A stretch of 64,000 nucleotides of DNA, taken from NCBI RefSeq assembly GCF_006345805.1, contig NC_043017.1, positions 25,544,001 to 25,608,000 on the forward strand, written 5' to 3'. A model generated the notes under the pieces. The model was not told where the DNA came from. It was given only the letters and a program-made list of their open reading frames with translations, and did no database searches. How positions within the stretch are numbered: position 1 is the first letter of the stretch; each line of letters opens with the position of its first letter. The DNA comes from Octopus sinensis (taxonomy: Eukaryota). A program made the position numbers and the translations under genes. Shown piece by piece: positions 51,317 to 64,000 of the stretch.

Positions 51317-52331
51317 ATATTCCAATGTTACTTTCCAATGAATGAGAAAGAGAATAGTTAATATACGTTGTTGAGTGATATGATTTATGTAAACTGAATT
51401 CCTTACTTACAAAGCAAGATTCATGCTACACTGACCATCAATGAAACACTCACACACACACATACACACATGGACAATTATTATTTTGCTTTGGCTGATG
51501 GTGTAAAACTGTTCTGAGTGAATCCTTTTGTCGTACACATGCACACAAGTATTCATGTGTATAGTTTATTTAGGTTTTTTTTGGTAATTTTTTTTTGGGG
51601 TTTTTCCCATTGGTTTCCATTGACTAAGCAGGATACAATTTCCGACATGTTGTACAGGAACACATCCAGTCCAAAAATTACATTACATATGATATCAACC
51701 CATAATGAATGAAAGATGAATTCAACTCCAGTTTAGTTTTTATTCAAAACTAGCAGTATCGCCCGGCGTTGCTTGGGTTTGTAAGGGAAATAACTATATA
51801 AGCATTTTTAGTGAGTTTCTTCCCTTATATAACCCAAGCAAAAATCATTAAAAATGCGGAAAAATGATGGTAAATTTTTTTTTAAATCGTAGACTCATCG
51901 TAGACGCGCGCTAATACCCAGAAGGGCTCAATATGAATGACGACTATAAGATACCCGCTTTTGGTTAAACTGCACCACAAAATGTGGGAATAGTTAGGAA
52001 TCTAAATCGGAGGACACAGAGTCTCACACACACAACTTCAATTTGATATATAAAGATATAAGGAAAGCGGAGAGACAGACAGACAGGGGCGAGACTAAAC
52101 CCTACAAGCTTTATTGTATGGGAATCCAGTCTTGTATTTAAAGGGGACATTTACATAGAACTCACTAGTGTTCCAATCACTGTCAAATCTAATGCTAATA
52201 TATTTACATGGTTCCAGGTTCAGTCCCACTGCGTGGCACCTTGGGCAAGTGTCTTCTGCTATAGCCTCGGGCCGACCAATGCCTTGTGAGTGGATTTGGT
52301 AGACAGAAACTGAAAGAAGCCCATTGTATAT

Positions 52332-52552
52332 GCATGGTGTAGATGTGGGTTTCTTTAAAACTAAACTGGATCTCTTCTTGTCGGGGGTCCCAGATGAACC
52401 TACCTTACGGAAGGAGGCACAGATCCGGGCAGCGGCATCGAACACCCTTGTTGACCAAGTGCCACGTATCAGAGGTGGATTCACATATTAGTGTAGCTCA
52501 TTCAGCGGTGGTGCCCCAGCATGGTCGCAGCCTTCGGGCTGAAACATTTTTA
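52332..52552 (+). mobile_element. CR1/L2-group LINE 3' end (second subfamily)
   Basis: FKTKLDLFLSGVPDEPT..AASNTLVDQVP; tail cagccttcgggctgaaac. Confidence 0.8.
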
Positions 52553-52582
52553 AGGATTTAAGGTTATATATATATGTTTGTG

Positions 52583-52621
<39 letters not shown>

Positions 52622-53097
52622 TGTGAATGCTAAAAAGCACAATCCGAGCATGGTCGATGCCAGTGCAGGCTGACTGGCCCTTGTGCTGGTGGCACATAAA
52701 ATGCACGCACTACATTCTTAGAGTGGTTGGCATTAGGAAGGGCATCCAGCTGTAGAAACTTTGCCAGATCAGATCGGAGCCTGGTGCAGCCTTCTGGCTT
52801 GCCAGTCCCCAGTCAGACTGTCCAACCTATGCCAGCATGGAAAATGGATGTTAAATGACGACGATGATGATGATATATACATACACACAAACAGGCTTCT
52901 TTCAGTTTCCATATTCCAAATTCACTCAAAAGGCTTTGGTCAGTCCAAGGCTACAATAGAAGACACTTGCTCAAGCTGACACACAGTGGGACTGAACCCG
53001 GAACCATTGTAGTCGGGTAACAAACCTCTTACCACACAGCCATGCCTGCACTTACACAGATGTGTGTAAAACAAACAAAAAAAATGATAATGGACAG

Positions 53098-53500
53098 ATG
53101 CAGTAGTGGCTGTGTGGTAAGTAGCTTGTTTACCAACCACATGGTTCCGGGTTCAGTCCCACTGCGTGGCACCTTAGGCAAGTGTCTTCTACTATAGCCT
53201 TGGGCCGACCAAAGCCTTGTGAGTAGATTTGGTAGACGGAAACTGAAAGAAGCCCGTCGTATATATGTATATATATATATGTGTGTGCGTGTGTGTTTGT
53301 GTGCCTGTGTTTGTCCCCCTAGCATTGCTTGACAACCGATGCTGGTGTGTTTATGTCCCCGTTACTTAGCGGTTCGGCAAAAGAGACCGATAGAATAAGT
53401 ACTGGGCTTACAAAAGAATAAGTCCCGGGGTCGAGTTGCTCGATTAAAAGGCGGTGCTCCAGCATGGCCGCAGTCAAATGACTGAAACAAGTAAAAAAGA
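53098..53500 (+). mobile_element. SINE family 1, full length
   Basis: Complete match to the family. Confidence 0.9.
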
Positions 53501-54035
53501 GAAAGAGTACACGTTTGACCATCGCCATACTCAACCAGGCATTACTTGGATCAAGGAATCATAACCATCATCATCATCAACAACAACAACATTCTCTCAG
53601 AATTCTTTGAAATGTGACAAACTAAGTGTGATGAACCGAGAAAGTTTCTTTCTGCCATTATTTCATTTTCTTTCTAAATCTGCCATCTTTGTTCATCTAC
53701 TTCTTAATCATGTCTTTATTCTTTTTTTTAGTGGCTTTATTCATTGGTCTGAGACCAAGTTGGAGCATTGCTTTAATTTTTTTTTCTTTTTTGAATCACT
53801 CAATACAAATTTCACTCTGGTACTAATTTTCTTGATCCTTTTTATCAACAGCTAAATGACCGTTAACAAAAAGGGACACAGCTCTCCACACCATTTCACA
53901 CTGTTACAGTCACCAATCCCTTAACACATTCAGATGATATTCCTAAACCAGTCCAAAGATCAAACCCAGCACCTTTATTTTACCAACTGAGTGTCACCCT
54001 CTAACCACTTGGCCTATAGATCTGTATATGTTCGC

Positions 54036-55728
54036 TTAACCCTTTCGTTACCATGTTTCTGTTGAGATGCTCTGTGTTTCTCTCAATTAATTTTAAATAT
54101 AACAAAGAATTTAGTAAACTAACTTAGTTATCATTAAGCTAGTGTTAGGAACATAAATTATGACTAAAGTTTGGTGGAAGATTTTAACCCTTTCGTTACC
54201 AACCTGGCTGAAACCACCTCTGGCCCTGAGCACAAATGTCTTGTTTTCATAAGTTTTTAATTAAAATCTTCCACCAAACCTTAATCACAATTTATGTTCC
54301 TAGCACTAGCTTAATGATAACGAAGTTATTTCACTAAATTCTTTGTTATATTTAAAATAATTGAAAGAAACACAGAGCATCTCAAAATAAATACAGTAAT
54401 GAAAGGGTTAATTCAGAACTTTTGAAAACAAGACATTCGTACTACAGAACCAGAGGCAGTTTCAGGCAGGTTGGTATCAAAAGCATTAAGAATTGTTTCT
54501 CTATTATATAACTTAACCCTGTCGTTACCATATTTCTGTTGAGATGCTCTGTGTTTCCTTTCAATTAATTTTAAATATAACAAAGAATTTAGTAAAATAA
54601 CTTAGCCACAATTTATGTTCCTACCACTAGTTTAATGATAACTAAGGTTTGGTGGAAGATTTTAATTCAGAACTTATGCAAACAAGACATTTGTACAACA
54701 GAGCCAGAGGCAGTATCTGGCAGGTTGGTATCAAACACATTAAGAATTGTTTTCTCTATTATATATTTTAACCATTTTGTTACCATATTTCTGTTGAGAT
54801 GCTCTGTGTTTCTTTCAATTAATTTTAAATGTAGCAAAGAATTTAATAAAATAACTTAGTTATCATTAAGCTAGTGTTAGGAACATAAATTGTGACTAAG
54901 GTTTGGTGGAAGATTTTAACCCTTTCGTTACCAACCTGGCTGAAACCACCTCTGGCCCTGAGCACAAATGTCTTGTTTACATAAGTTTTGAATTAAAATC
55001 TTCCACCAAACCTTAGTCACAATTAATATTCCTAACACTAGCTTAATGATAACGAAGTTATTTTACTAAATTCTTTGTTATATTTAAAATAATTGAAAGA
55101 AACACAGAGCATCTCAAAATAAATACAGTAATGAAAGGGTTAATTCAGAACTTTTGAAAACAAGACTTTGTACTACAGAGCCAAAGGCAGTTTCAGGCAG
55201 GTTGGTATCAAAAGCATTAAGAATTGTTTCTCTATTATATATCTTAACCCTGTCGTTACCATATTTCTGTTGAGATGCTCTGTGTTTCCTTTCAATTAAT
55301 TTTAAATATAACAAAGAATTTAGTAAAATAACTTAGCCACAATTTATGTTCCTACCACTAGTTTAATGATAACTAAGGTTTGGTGGAAGATTTTAATTCA
55401 GAACTTATGCAAACAAGACATTTGTACTACAGAGCCAGAGGCAATTTCAGGTATGTTGGTATCAAACACATTAAGAATTGTTTTCTCTATTATATATCTT
55501 AACCCTTTTGTTATCATATTTCTGTTGAGATGCTCTGTGTTTCTTTCAATTAATTTTAAATGTAGCAAAGAATTTAGTAAACTAAATTAGTTATCATTAA
55601 GCTAGTGTTAGGAACATAAATTGTGACTAAGGTTTAGTGGAATATTTTAATGCAGAATTTATGCAAACAAGACATTTGTACTACAGAGCCAGAGGCGGTT
55701 TCAGGCAGGTTGGTATCAAAATGGTTAA
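54036..55728. mobile_element. Array of piggyBac-like MITEs, self-nested and duplicated with ~732-bp period
   Basis: Inverted copy inserted at an internal TTAA (54184-54411 and ~54916-55143); six MITE bodies in tandem plus nested copies. Confidence 0.85.
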
Positions 55729-56549
55729 TCACTTTTCAAGCAATTAGCATTCAATCAGCCGGCCTACCTGTTGTATCACACTTTCTACACCTAGATCTAA
55801 GCCAGTGGGTCTGAACCATTTTTTGGTTCATGAACCCTTTGAGTCCTATTTAATTCAAATGAAACCCCATAGCCATTTGATGTAGATATATAAAAATATC
55901 CTGCTGTATTTTTATAGCTAAACTAGCAGTATCGCCCGGCGTTGCTCGGGTTTGTAAGGGAAATAACTATATAAGCATTTTTAGAGAGTTATAGCCAAAA
56001 AATAGCAAAGAAATGCATTAAAAATGGAAAAAAATGATGGTAAATTTTTTTTTAAATCGTTGACTCATCGTAGACATTTTTAGAGAGTTACTTCCCTTAA
56101 ATAATAGCGAAAAAAATGCATTAAAATGGAAAAAAATGATGGTAAATTTTTTTTTAAATCGTAGACTCATAGTAGACACGCGCTAATACCCAGAAGGGCT
56201 CGATATGAATCACGACTATAAGATACCCGGTTTTGGTTAAACTGCACCGCAAAATGTGGGAGTAGTTAGGAATCTAAATCGTAGGAGACAGACACACAAC
56301 TTGACTTTTATATATAAAGATATTATCAGGAATTGTTATAAAAGAAATATCTTGTGTATTGTAAAAGCATAAGCAATCTTAACGACAAAATCTTCTATGG
56401 ACTTCCAACGGTTATATGGTCCCTGGATGAAAACCACAAAATATAAGTAGCATTAGTAGTAGTAGTTTAGTCCCAGGTCGGCCTGGTTGAGTAAATCTAT
56501 GATCAATGGTATTCTAGCCAGGACTGTTCTTCACTTTCATTTCAATTAC

Positions 56550-56956
56550 AGTGTATATACATTATTTACATATGACAGAAATTTGTTCTCGTCTTGTTTG
56601 TTGTTAACACAACGTTTGGGGAAATTTCGAATCTGGGTTCTCATTCCTAAGACATTTTTTGATGTTATTATTATTATTCAGGTCACTGCCTAGAGTCGAA
56701 TTCAGAATCTTGGGGTTAGTAGCCCATGCTCTTAACCAATATACCATATGTCCATGGGCGTAATGGTTAAGAGCACGGGCTACAAACCCCAACATTCTGA
56801 GTTCGATTCCAGGCAGTGACCTGAATAATAATAATAATGATAATAATAATAATAATACTGTTATCGTTCAACTAATAAAATATTTTACAATCGAATCACG
56901 CTCTTCGTCTTGACTGTTTACCTTTGTGAAGAGTTACGTCAATCTTTTTTAAAATA

Positions 56957-57030
<74 letters not shown>

Positions 57031-57200
57031 TCGAAAAATACCTTAGGAATGAGAACCCAGGTTCAAAATTTCCCCAAGACACCTGATAAAGGCTGGGGGT
57101 ATATCAGCCGAAACATTGTGTTAACAACAAACAAGATGAGGACAAATATCCGTCAAATGTAAATAACGTAAATAATGTAAATAATGTTCATAATTCCTCA
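56550..57200. mobile_element. Family D: head-to-head pair of tRNA-headed elements; right copy carries a hammerhead-like motif
   Basis: Heads at 56680-56745(-) and 56756-56822(+) with A-box ggcgtaatggttaag and B-box gagttcgattcc, then (AAT)n and a shared body. Confidence 0.8.
57079..57121 (+). ncRNA. Degenerate minimal hammerhead motif (family D)
   Basis: ACAC-CUGAUAA-A-GGCUG GGGGUAUAU CAGCC-GAAA-CA-UU-GUGU; G8A change; the left copy retains ACGUU-GUGU. Confidence 0.55.
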
Positions 57201-58075
57201 TCTCTTAGAACTGTACAGTGTATATGCCAAAAATCCCACAGAACAAGCCTTGTTGCCTTGTTGCAGACCAATTCTTTATTAGAGTGAAATTTCTAAGACG
57301 TTATGGTGTAATTTGAATAAGATTAAGCTGCTATGTCTAATAGGTTGAGTGACCACATAGAGGCTCTCTTACTGGCTTCTGTGCCAAAATTCTAAACACC
57401 ATTGTAGAGTTCAGCTTCTCTCGAGTCCTTAATGTCTTCGGTTATCTCTGCTTCCACAGCCCCTATTGTCTGTGTGTGTGTGTGTGTTTGTGTATGTGTG
57501 TGTGTTTTTCTTTTTATCTTGAGTCTTACAACACTTCCATATATGTGATTTTTATGCCCAAAGCTTGTGTAATAAAGTGGAAAAAATCCGATAGAGACAT
57601 GAAATTATAATGACAATAATGCCAAAAATCTTGCAACATTTGAATCCCTCTTTTAAGGAACATTAAAGACATTTGCATGCCCAAATGGATTTTCTCTTTG
57701 TGGCCTTTTCTAATCCTTTATGTTTCTTTTAGCAAAGTGAATTCTATGGACTTCAAGCGAAGAAAGTGCAATTGAGTGAGATTTTTTTCTAGAAATTTTG
57801 CAGGGTTTTTTGTTTGTTTTGGTTTTTGTATGTTTGGATTTGTTTTGCTGTTTGATGTAATGTGTTATGGTACTTAAACAGGAAAGATTATGACAAAAGG
57901 CCAAAGTCCTTTTATTCACACATTACAACAGTCACTTTGTCTCTATTATAACAATGTGATGAAATAGTCCACAGTTTTGTACTCGAAATCCATATTAACC
58001 ACCAAAATAATATAAAACTCAACAAAACACACTTGTATACATCCAAACACACAGCTCTTTCTCTCCTGTATATAT

Positions 58076-58131
<56 letters not shown>

Positions 58132-58341
58132 CATAGGTGTGTGTATATATATATATATATATATATTATAAGCATATGTGTGTGTATATATATATATATA
58201 TATATAAGCATATGTGTGTGTATATATATATATATATATATGTAAAAGAATATGTGTGGTATATATATATAAGCATATGTGTGTATATATATATATATAA
58301 TATATATATAAAAGAATATGTGTGTGTATATATATATAAGC

Positions 58342-58372
<31 letters not shown>

Positions 58373-58403
58373 AAAGAATATGTGTGTGTATATATATATA
58401 AGC

Positions 58404-58447
<44 letters not shown>

Positions 58448-58922
58448 ATATTTATATGTGTGTGAATACACACACAAATTGAAGTCCCAATATATGGATT
58501 CAAGTAATCCAGTAGTTTTCATAGAAGAAAAAGCTCCTTAATGTATCATTGTACAAAATATATTGAATATACAGCACGATACAAGAGGAGACCATTAGGA
58601 GTGTATAAAGTCATAAATGACAGAGAAGTAATTTGTTGAAATTTTATTTAATAATAGGAGGTTTCTAGTGTCATGACAAATTGTTTCGTAACTTAAAGAC
58701 ATGTAAATAATTTATATTATTATATCTAATAATAAATAAGCTACTTATGAGCCCGCATTAATGCAAAATGCAAAAAAACCTTCAAAATAATGCAGAATAC
58801 AAGCCATGTCCTCAGGTGAAAGAAATTCTTTGCTAAATAGTAGACACACACACACCCAGTGTTTGGGTGAAGTATGAGAGTTTGCATAAAAGGAAAAGAA
58901 AACACAATATCCCATCCAAATG

Positions 58923-59200
58923 GTGTAGGAGTGGCTGTGTGGTAAGTAGCTTACTTACGAACCACATGGTTCCGGGTTCAGTCCCACTGTATGGCTGGCA
59001 CCTTGGGCAAGTGTCTTCTACTATAGTCTTGGGCCGACCAAAAGCCTTGTGAGTGGATATGGTAGACGGAAATTGAAAGAAGCCCATCATATGTATGCAT
59101 ATGTATATATGTATGTGTGTGTGTCTGTGTTTGTTCCCCCGACATCGCTTGATAACCGATGCTGGTGTGTTTACGTGTAACTTAGCGGTTCGGCAAAAGT
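58923..59200 (+). mobile_element. SINE family 1, 3'-truncated
   Basis: Head and centre match the family. Confidence 0.8.
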
Positions 59201-60139
59201 GACTGGTGTCTTTCTTGACTGCACCCCACACATAGTAATCCAAGGGATTACAATTTTGCAGAAATTGGTACTGGTGAAGTCATAGAAATTCTCTGACAAT
59301 CACTTCTAACACTCTCTGCAGGTATAGCAAGCAGCCAAATCCTGCTGCCACACACCTGGTTTCCAATTCAGTCCCAATATACGGTGCCTTGGACAAATGT
59401 CTTCCACTGTAGCCCAGAGCCAGCCAAAGCCTTGTGAGTAGATCTGGTTGGTGGAAACTGAAAAGAAGCTTGCTGTAGACATGTGTGTGTGTGTGTGTGC
59501 TTGTACTTCCTTGTCTTAACACTGAGTAATTGCTGTAAATGAATTTCATTCATTTCCAATATTCTACAAAAACATGTCTGGCCCTGAGGAGATATTACCT
59601 TACTTGGAAACAAGTGAGGGTTGGTGGCAGGAAGGGTATCCAGCCGTAACAAAAGTCTGCCTCAATAAATACACTTCAACCCATGCAAGCATGGAAAAGT
59701 GGAAGTTGAGATGATAACGAGGATGACGTAATGTATATAATGCTTATATATATATATATACATACATATATATATATATATTTATATATATATATATATA
59801 TACACATATACATACATATATATATATACATATACATATATATATATACACATATACATACATATATATATATATACATATACATATATATATACACATA
59901 TACATATATATATACACATATACATACATATATATATACATATATATATATATACACATATATATATAATACACATATACATACATATATACACATATAA
60001 TATACATATATATATATACACATATACATACATATATATATATATACATATACATATATATATATACACTATATATATACACATATATATATATATACAC
60101 ATATACATACATATATACACATATAATATACACATATAC

Positions 60140-60172
<33 letters not shown>

Positions 60173-61460
60173 TATACACATAAATACATATACACATATA
60201 CATATAACACACACACATATATATGTATACACATATACATATATATACACACATATACATACATATATATATATATATACACACATATACATACATATAT
60301 ATACGCACATATACATAAACACATATACATATATACACATACACACACACATATACATACACATTAGTTCAAATTTACAGAAAGTAAAAGATGAAGAGAG
60401 GATAAGGAACAACTAGCAGGTGCCACCTAAAAAGTACTGGTGCCAGTGCCACGTAAAAAGCACCCGCTACACTCTGTAAAGTGGTTGGCGTTAGAAAGGC
60501 ATCCAGGTGTAAAAACCATCCCAACTCCAGTCAAACCGTCCAACCCATGTCAGCATGGAAGACAGATGTTCAATGACGATGATATATATATATATATATA
60601 TATAGGAGTGGCTGTGTGGTAAGTAGCTTGCTAACCAACCACATGGTTCCAGGTTCAGTCCCACTGCGTGACATCTTGGGCAAGTGTCTTCTGCTATAGC
60701 CTCGGGCCGACCAAAGCCTTGTGAGTGGATTTGGTAGACGGAAACTGAAAGAAGCCTGTATGTGTGTGTGTGTATATATATATATGATTGATTGATTTTA
60801 GTTTCAGCTCACGAGCTGTGGCCATGCTGGGGCACCACCATTTAAATAGTTGCAGACAGAGATTGAAACCTCTATCTCTACACAGGATTAGTAATTAAAT
60901 TACCAACCCTTTTACCCACTAAGCCACCAGACCTCACCTATATATATATATATATATAGACAGATCTCACCAGTCCTGGTGCCACGTAAAAAGCACCCGC
61001 TACACTCTGTAAAGTGGTTGGCGTTAGAAAGGCATCCAGGTGTGAAAACCATGCCAACTCCAGTCAAAACGTCCAACCCATGCCAGCATGGGAAACAAGA
61101 CGTTAAATGATGATGGCGATGGTGTAGATCACACATATACAAATATTCACTTCCCCAGACAGCGACACAGACTGTTCTGGTTACAACATGAATATGAAAT
61201 GTTTGATAGAATCGTAATACAATTCTGTTGCTAACAAGTTTTGAGAATTACTATTGCTTCGTCTCTTAATGTCTGCAAACAGCCGGATCTGGTGCATTCG
61301 TTACATTGTCTCTTCGATAATAACTCAAAATTCAATCAGTGTTCTAGAAATTGGTGCATTAGTATATTATGTAATAATCTAATGCTACCACTCATGTATA
61401 TGCATATACACACATATATATATATACATATACGCACATGTTCGTTTATATATATATGTT

Positions 61461-61526
<66 letters not shown>

Positions 61527-62196
61527 TAGATAGACACACACATACATATATGCGCCTGTGCGTTTATATATATGCTTCTGTGTGTGTGTATAACTATATA
61601 TACACACACACACACACGTATATATATATATACACACACACGTATATATATATATACACACACACGCATATATATATATACACGTATATATATATACACA
61701 TGTATATATATACACACGTGTATATATACACACACGTATATATACATATACGTATATATATATACACACGTATATATACATATACGTATATATATATACA
61801 CACGTATATATACATATACGTATATAAATATATATATACACGTGTATATATATATATATACACACGTATATATACATACATATATATATATACGCATGTA
61901 AATAAATACGTAAATATACATACATACATATAGATATGTGTGTGTGTGTGTGCATTCAGAAAATCAACGCCAAGAGAAGGCAAACTTGCCGCTTCAATTC
62001 TTCAGAATCACAATTGAAAACAGACTCAACATCCATCGATAACACATCAATAGCCATCCTTAGACATCAGAAATGCAACAAAAAATTTTAAATATATCGA
62101 AGTCAAATGAAAGAGGATCATAGAAAAATGGCCCACGATATGAAATTAACGAAACTAGACTTTAAAAAGAAAATAACGAGAAAAAACTCAAAATAT

Positions 62197-62227
<31 letters not shown>

Positions 62228-63321
62228 TGGATATTCTCATGATCTTCTGGCGGGGGGGGGGGGTCTCTTCCCCATATATCTACGCAGCTCCCAGGTAAAA
62301 GTAATTATTGAAATTAGTGATGGCTCATTTTACTCCGATTTAGAAATGATTTTGTTTTTAAATTGAAAAATGATCAAATTTTGTGGGGGAAAATTTGACC
62401 TGTAATCCAACAGAGACAAGAATATCGATTGTTAAACACCCAAAAATTATCCAGATATTTCCTTAGCAATCTCTATTACAACCACGTGCTAAGTTGAAGA
62501 AAAAATTATTTGAAAAACCTGTTGCCTGTCTGTTTCAAACACTCTCAACTTTGCTGATCAGTTTTCACTCACAAAGATGATGCAACAGCACAAAACGATG
62601 ACGTAGTACTTCCAAGATAATTGTTTCCGACATATAGGGAGAAAATAACGAGAAATCAGAAGTTACACATTGTCCCACTTACTAATTTTGCCCACCTGTC
62701 TACCTCCATATAAATATATATATTTTATAATATAATATAAGGGTAAATAATTATTAAATTTTAAAATCAACAATTATTTACGGGTAGTTTCGGTACGGAA
62801 ATATAACCATTATCGGTAGGAACTTTTTCAAAAAGTTCTTTATATATATATAACTTATAAATAAAGGCAAACGAAAAAATTTCTAATGCCAATTCTTTTC
62901 GTTTGCCCTTATTTATTAGTTGTTTATAATTTTAACCTTTAGAGGTATTTTTTAATATGCTGACCATTGATAAAAAATTTTTTCGAAAAATGTTTCTACA
63001 TTATATATATATATATATCATCATCATCATCATTTAGCGTCCGTTTCCATGCTAGCATGGTTGGACGGTTCAACTGGGCTGTGAAGCCAGAAGGCTGCAT
63101 CAGGCCCAGTCTGATCTGGCAGTGTTTCTACGCCAACCACTGCGCGAGTGTAGTGGGTGCTTTTTACGTGCCACCGGGGAGGCTGGCAACGGACACGAAC
63201 GGATGGTGCTTTTACGTGCCACAGGCACGGAGGCTATTATATATATATATATATAATATATAATATTATATATAAATAATATAATATATATATAAAAAAT
63301 ATAATATAATATAATATGATA

Positions 63322-63846
63322 TAAGGGTAAATATTAATTTTAAAATCAACAATTATTTACGGGTAGTTTCGGTACGGAAATATAACCATTATCGGTAGGA
63401 ACTTTTTCAAAAAGCTCTTTATATATATATAATATAATATAAGGGTAAATAAATATTAATTTTAAAATCAACAATTATTTACGGGTAGTTTCAGTACGGA
63501 AATATAACCATTATCGGTAGGAACTTTTTCAAAAAGCTCTTTATATATATATAATATAATATAAGGGTAAATAAATATTAATTTTAAAATCAACAATTAT
63601 TTACGGGTAGTTTCAGTACGGAAAATATACCATTATCGTAGGAACTTTTTCAAAAAGCTCTTTATATATATATATATAATATAAGGGTAAATAAATTAAT
63701 TTTTAAAATCAACAATTATTTACGGGTAGTTTCAGTACGGAAATATAACCATTTCGGTAGGAACTTTTTCAAAAAGCTTTATATATATATAATATAATAT
63801 AAGGTGTAAATAAATATTATTTGTAAAATCAACCAATTATTTACGA
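63322..63846. repeat. ~120-bp tandem array (4 units plus a partial); solo unit at 62738-62850
   Basis: taaggg unit starts at 63322, 63440, 63562, 63682 and 63800. Confidence 0.9.
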
Positions 63847-64000
63847 GTTCTCTCTCTCTCTATCTATATATATATATTGTTGTTGGCATCCTTTTTGTCT
63901 CGGGAGACAATGGAGTTGCGCATAAAATAATCTAGTCCGGCTTTTACATTTCATGTCTTAATACATTTCCTGCTGTAGCTGTGTAGTCCTATCATGGACA

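Noticed and set aside
56756-56822. Genuine tRNA genes (also the heads at 13828 and 49300)
   Set aside because: A/B boxes are present, but no clean cloverleaf or acceptor stem; each continues into a repeated SINE body.
72-63263. Most ORFs in the six-frame track ([16 protein letters not shown]-rich)
   Set aside because: They are translations of (TA)n, (CA)n and (ATCT)n microsatellites or of SINE bodies, with no coding signal.

Overview
AT-rich, repeat-dominated eukaryotic DNA. The (TA)n/(CA)n density and the SINE families are typical of an Octopus (coleoid cephalopod) genome; this is recognition from memory, not a database result. Almost all ORFs in the supplied track are microsatellite artefacts. 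The only well-supported host coding sequence is two in-phase terminal exons on + (15274-15352, 18524-18586) encoding a coiled-coil C-terminus that I cannot name. The rest consists of three or more tRNA-derived SINE families, CR1/L2-like and RTE LINE fragments, piggyBac-like MITEs, Helitron/Helentron-like elements, a Helitron helicase relic, a Penelope endonuclease relic and several satellites. The most notable signal is a set of at least four unrelated short elements, mostly inserted in (TA)n and often built as a unit plus an inverted partial copy. Each carries a minimal type I hammerhead-ribozyme motif (stem I - CUGANGA - stem II - GAAA - self-complementary stem III - UH - stem I). One copy has a fully canonical core (24738-24802, minus strand). 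One family places the motif behind a tRNA-like Pol III head (56550-57200).
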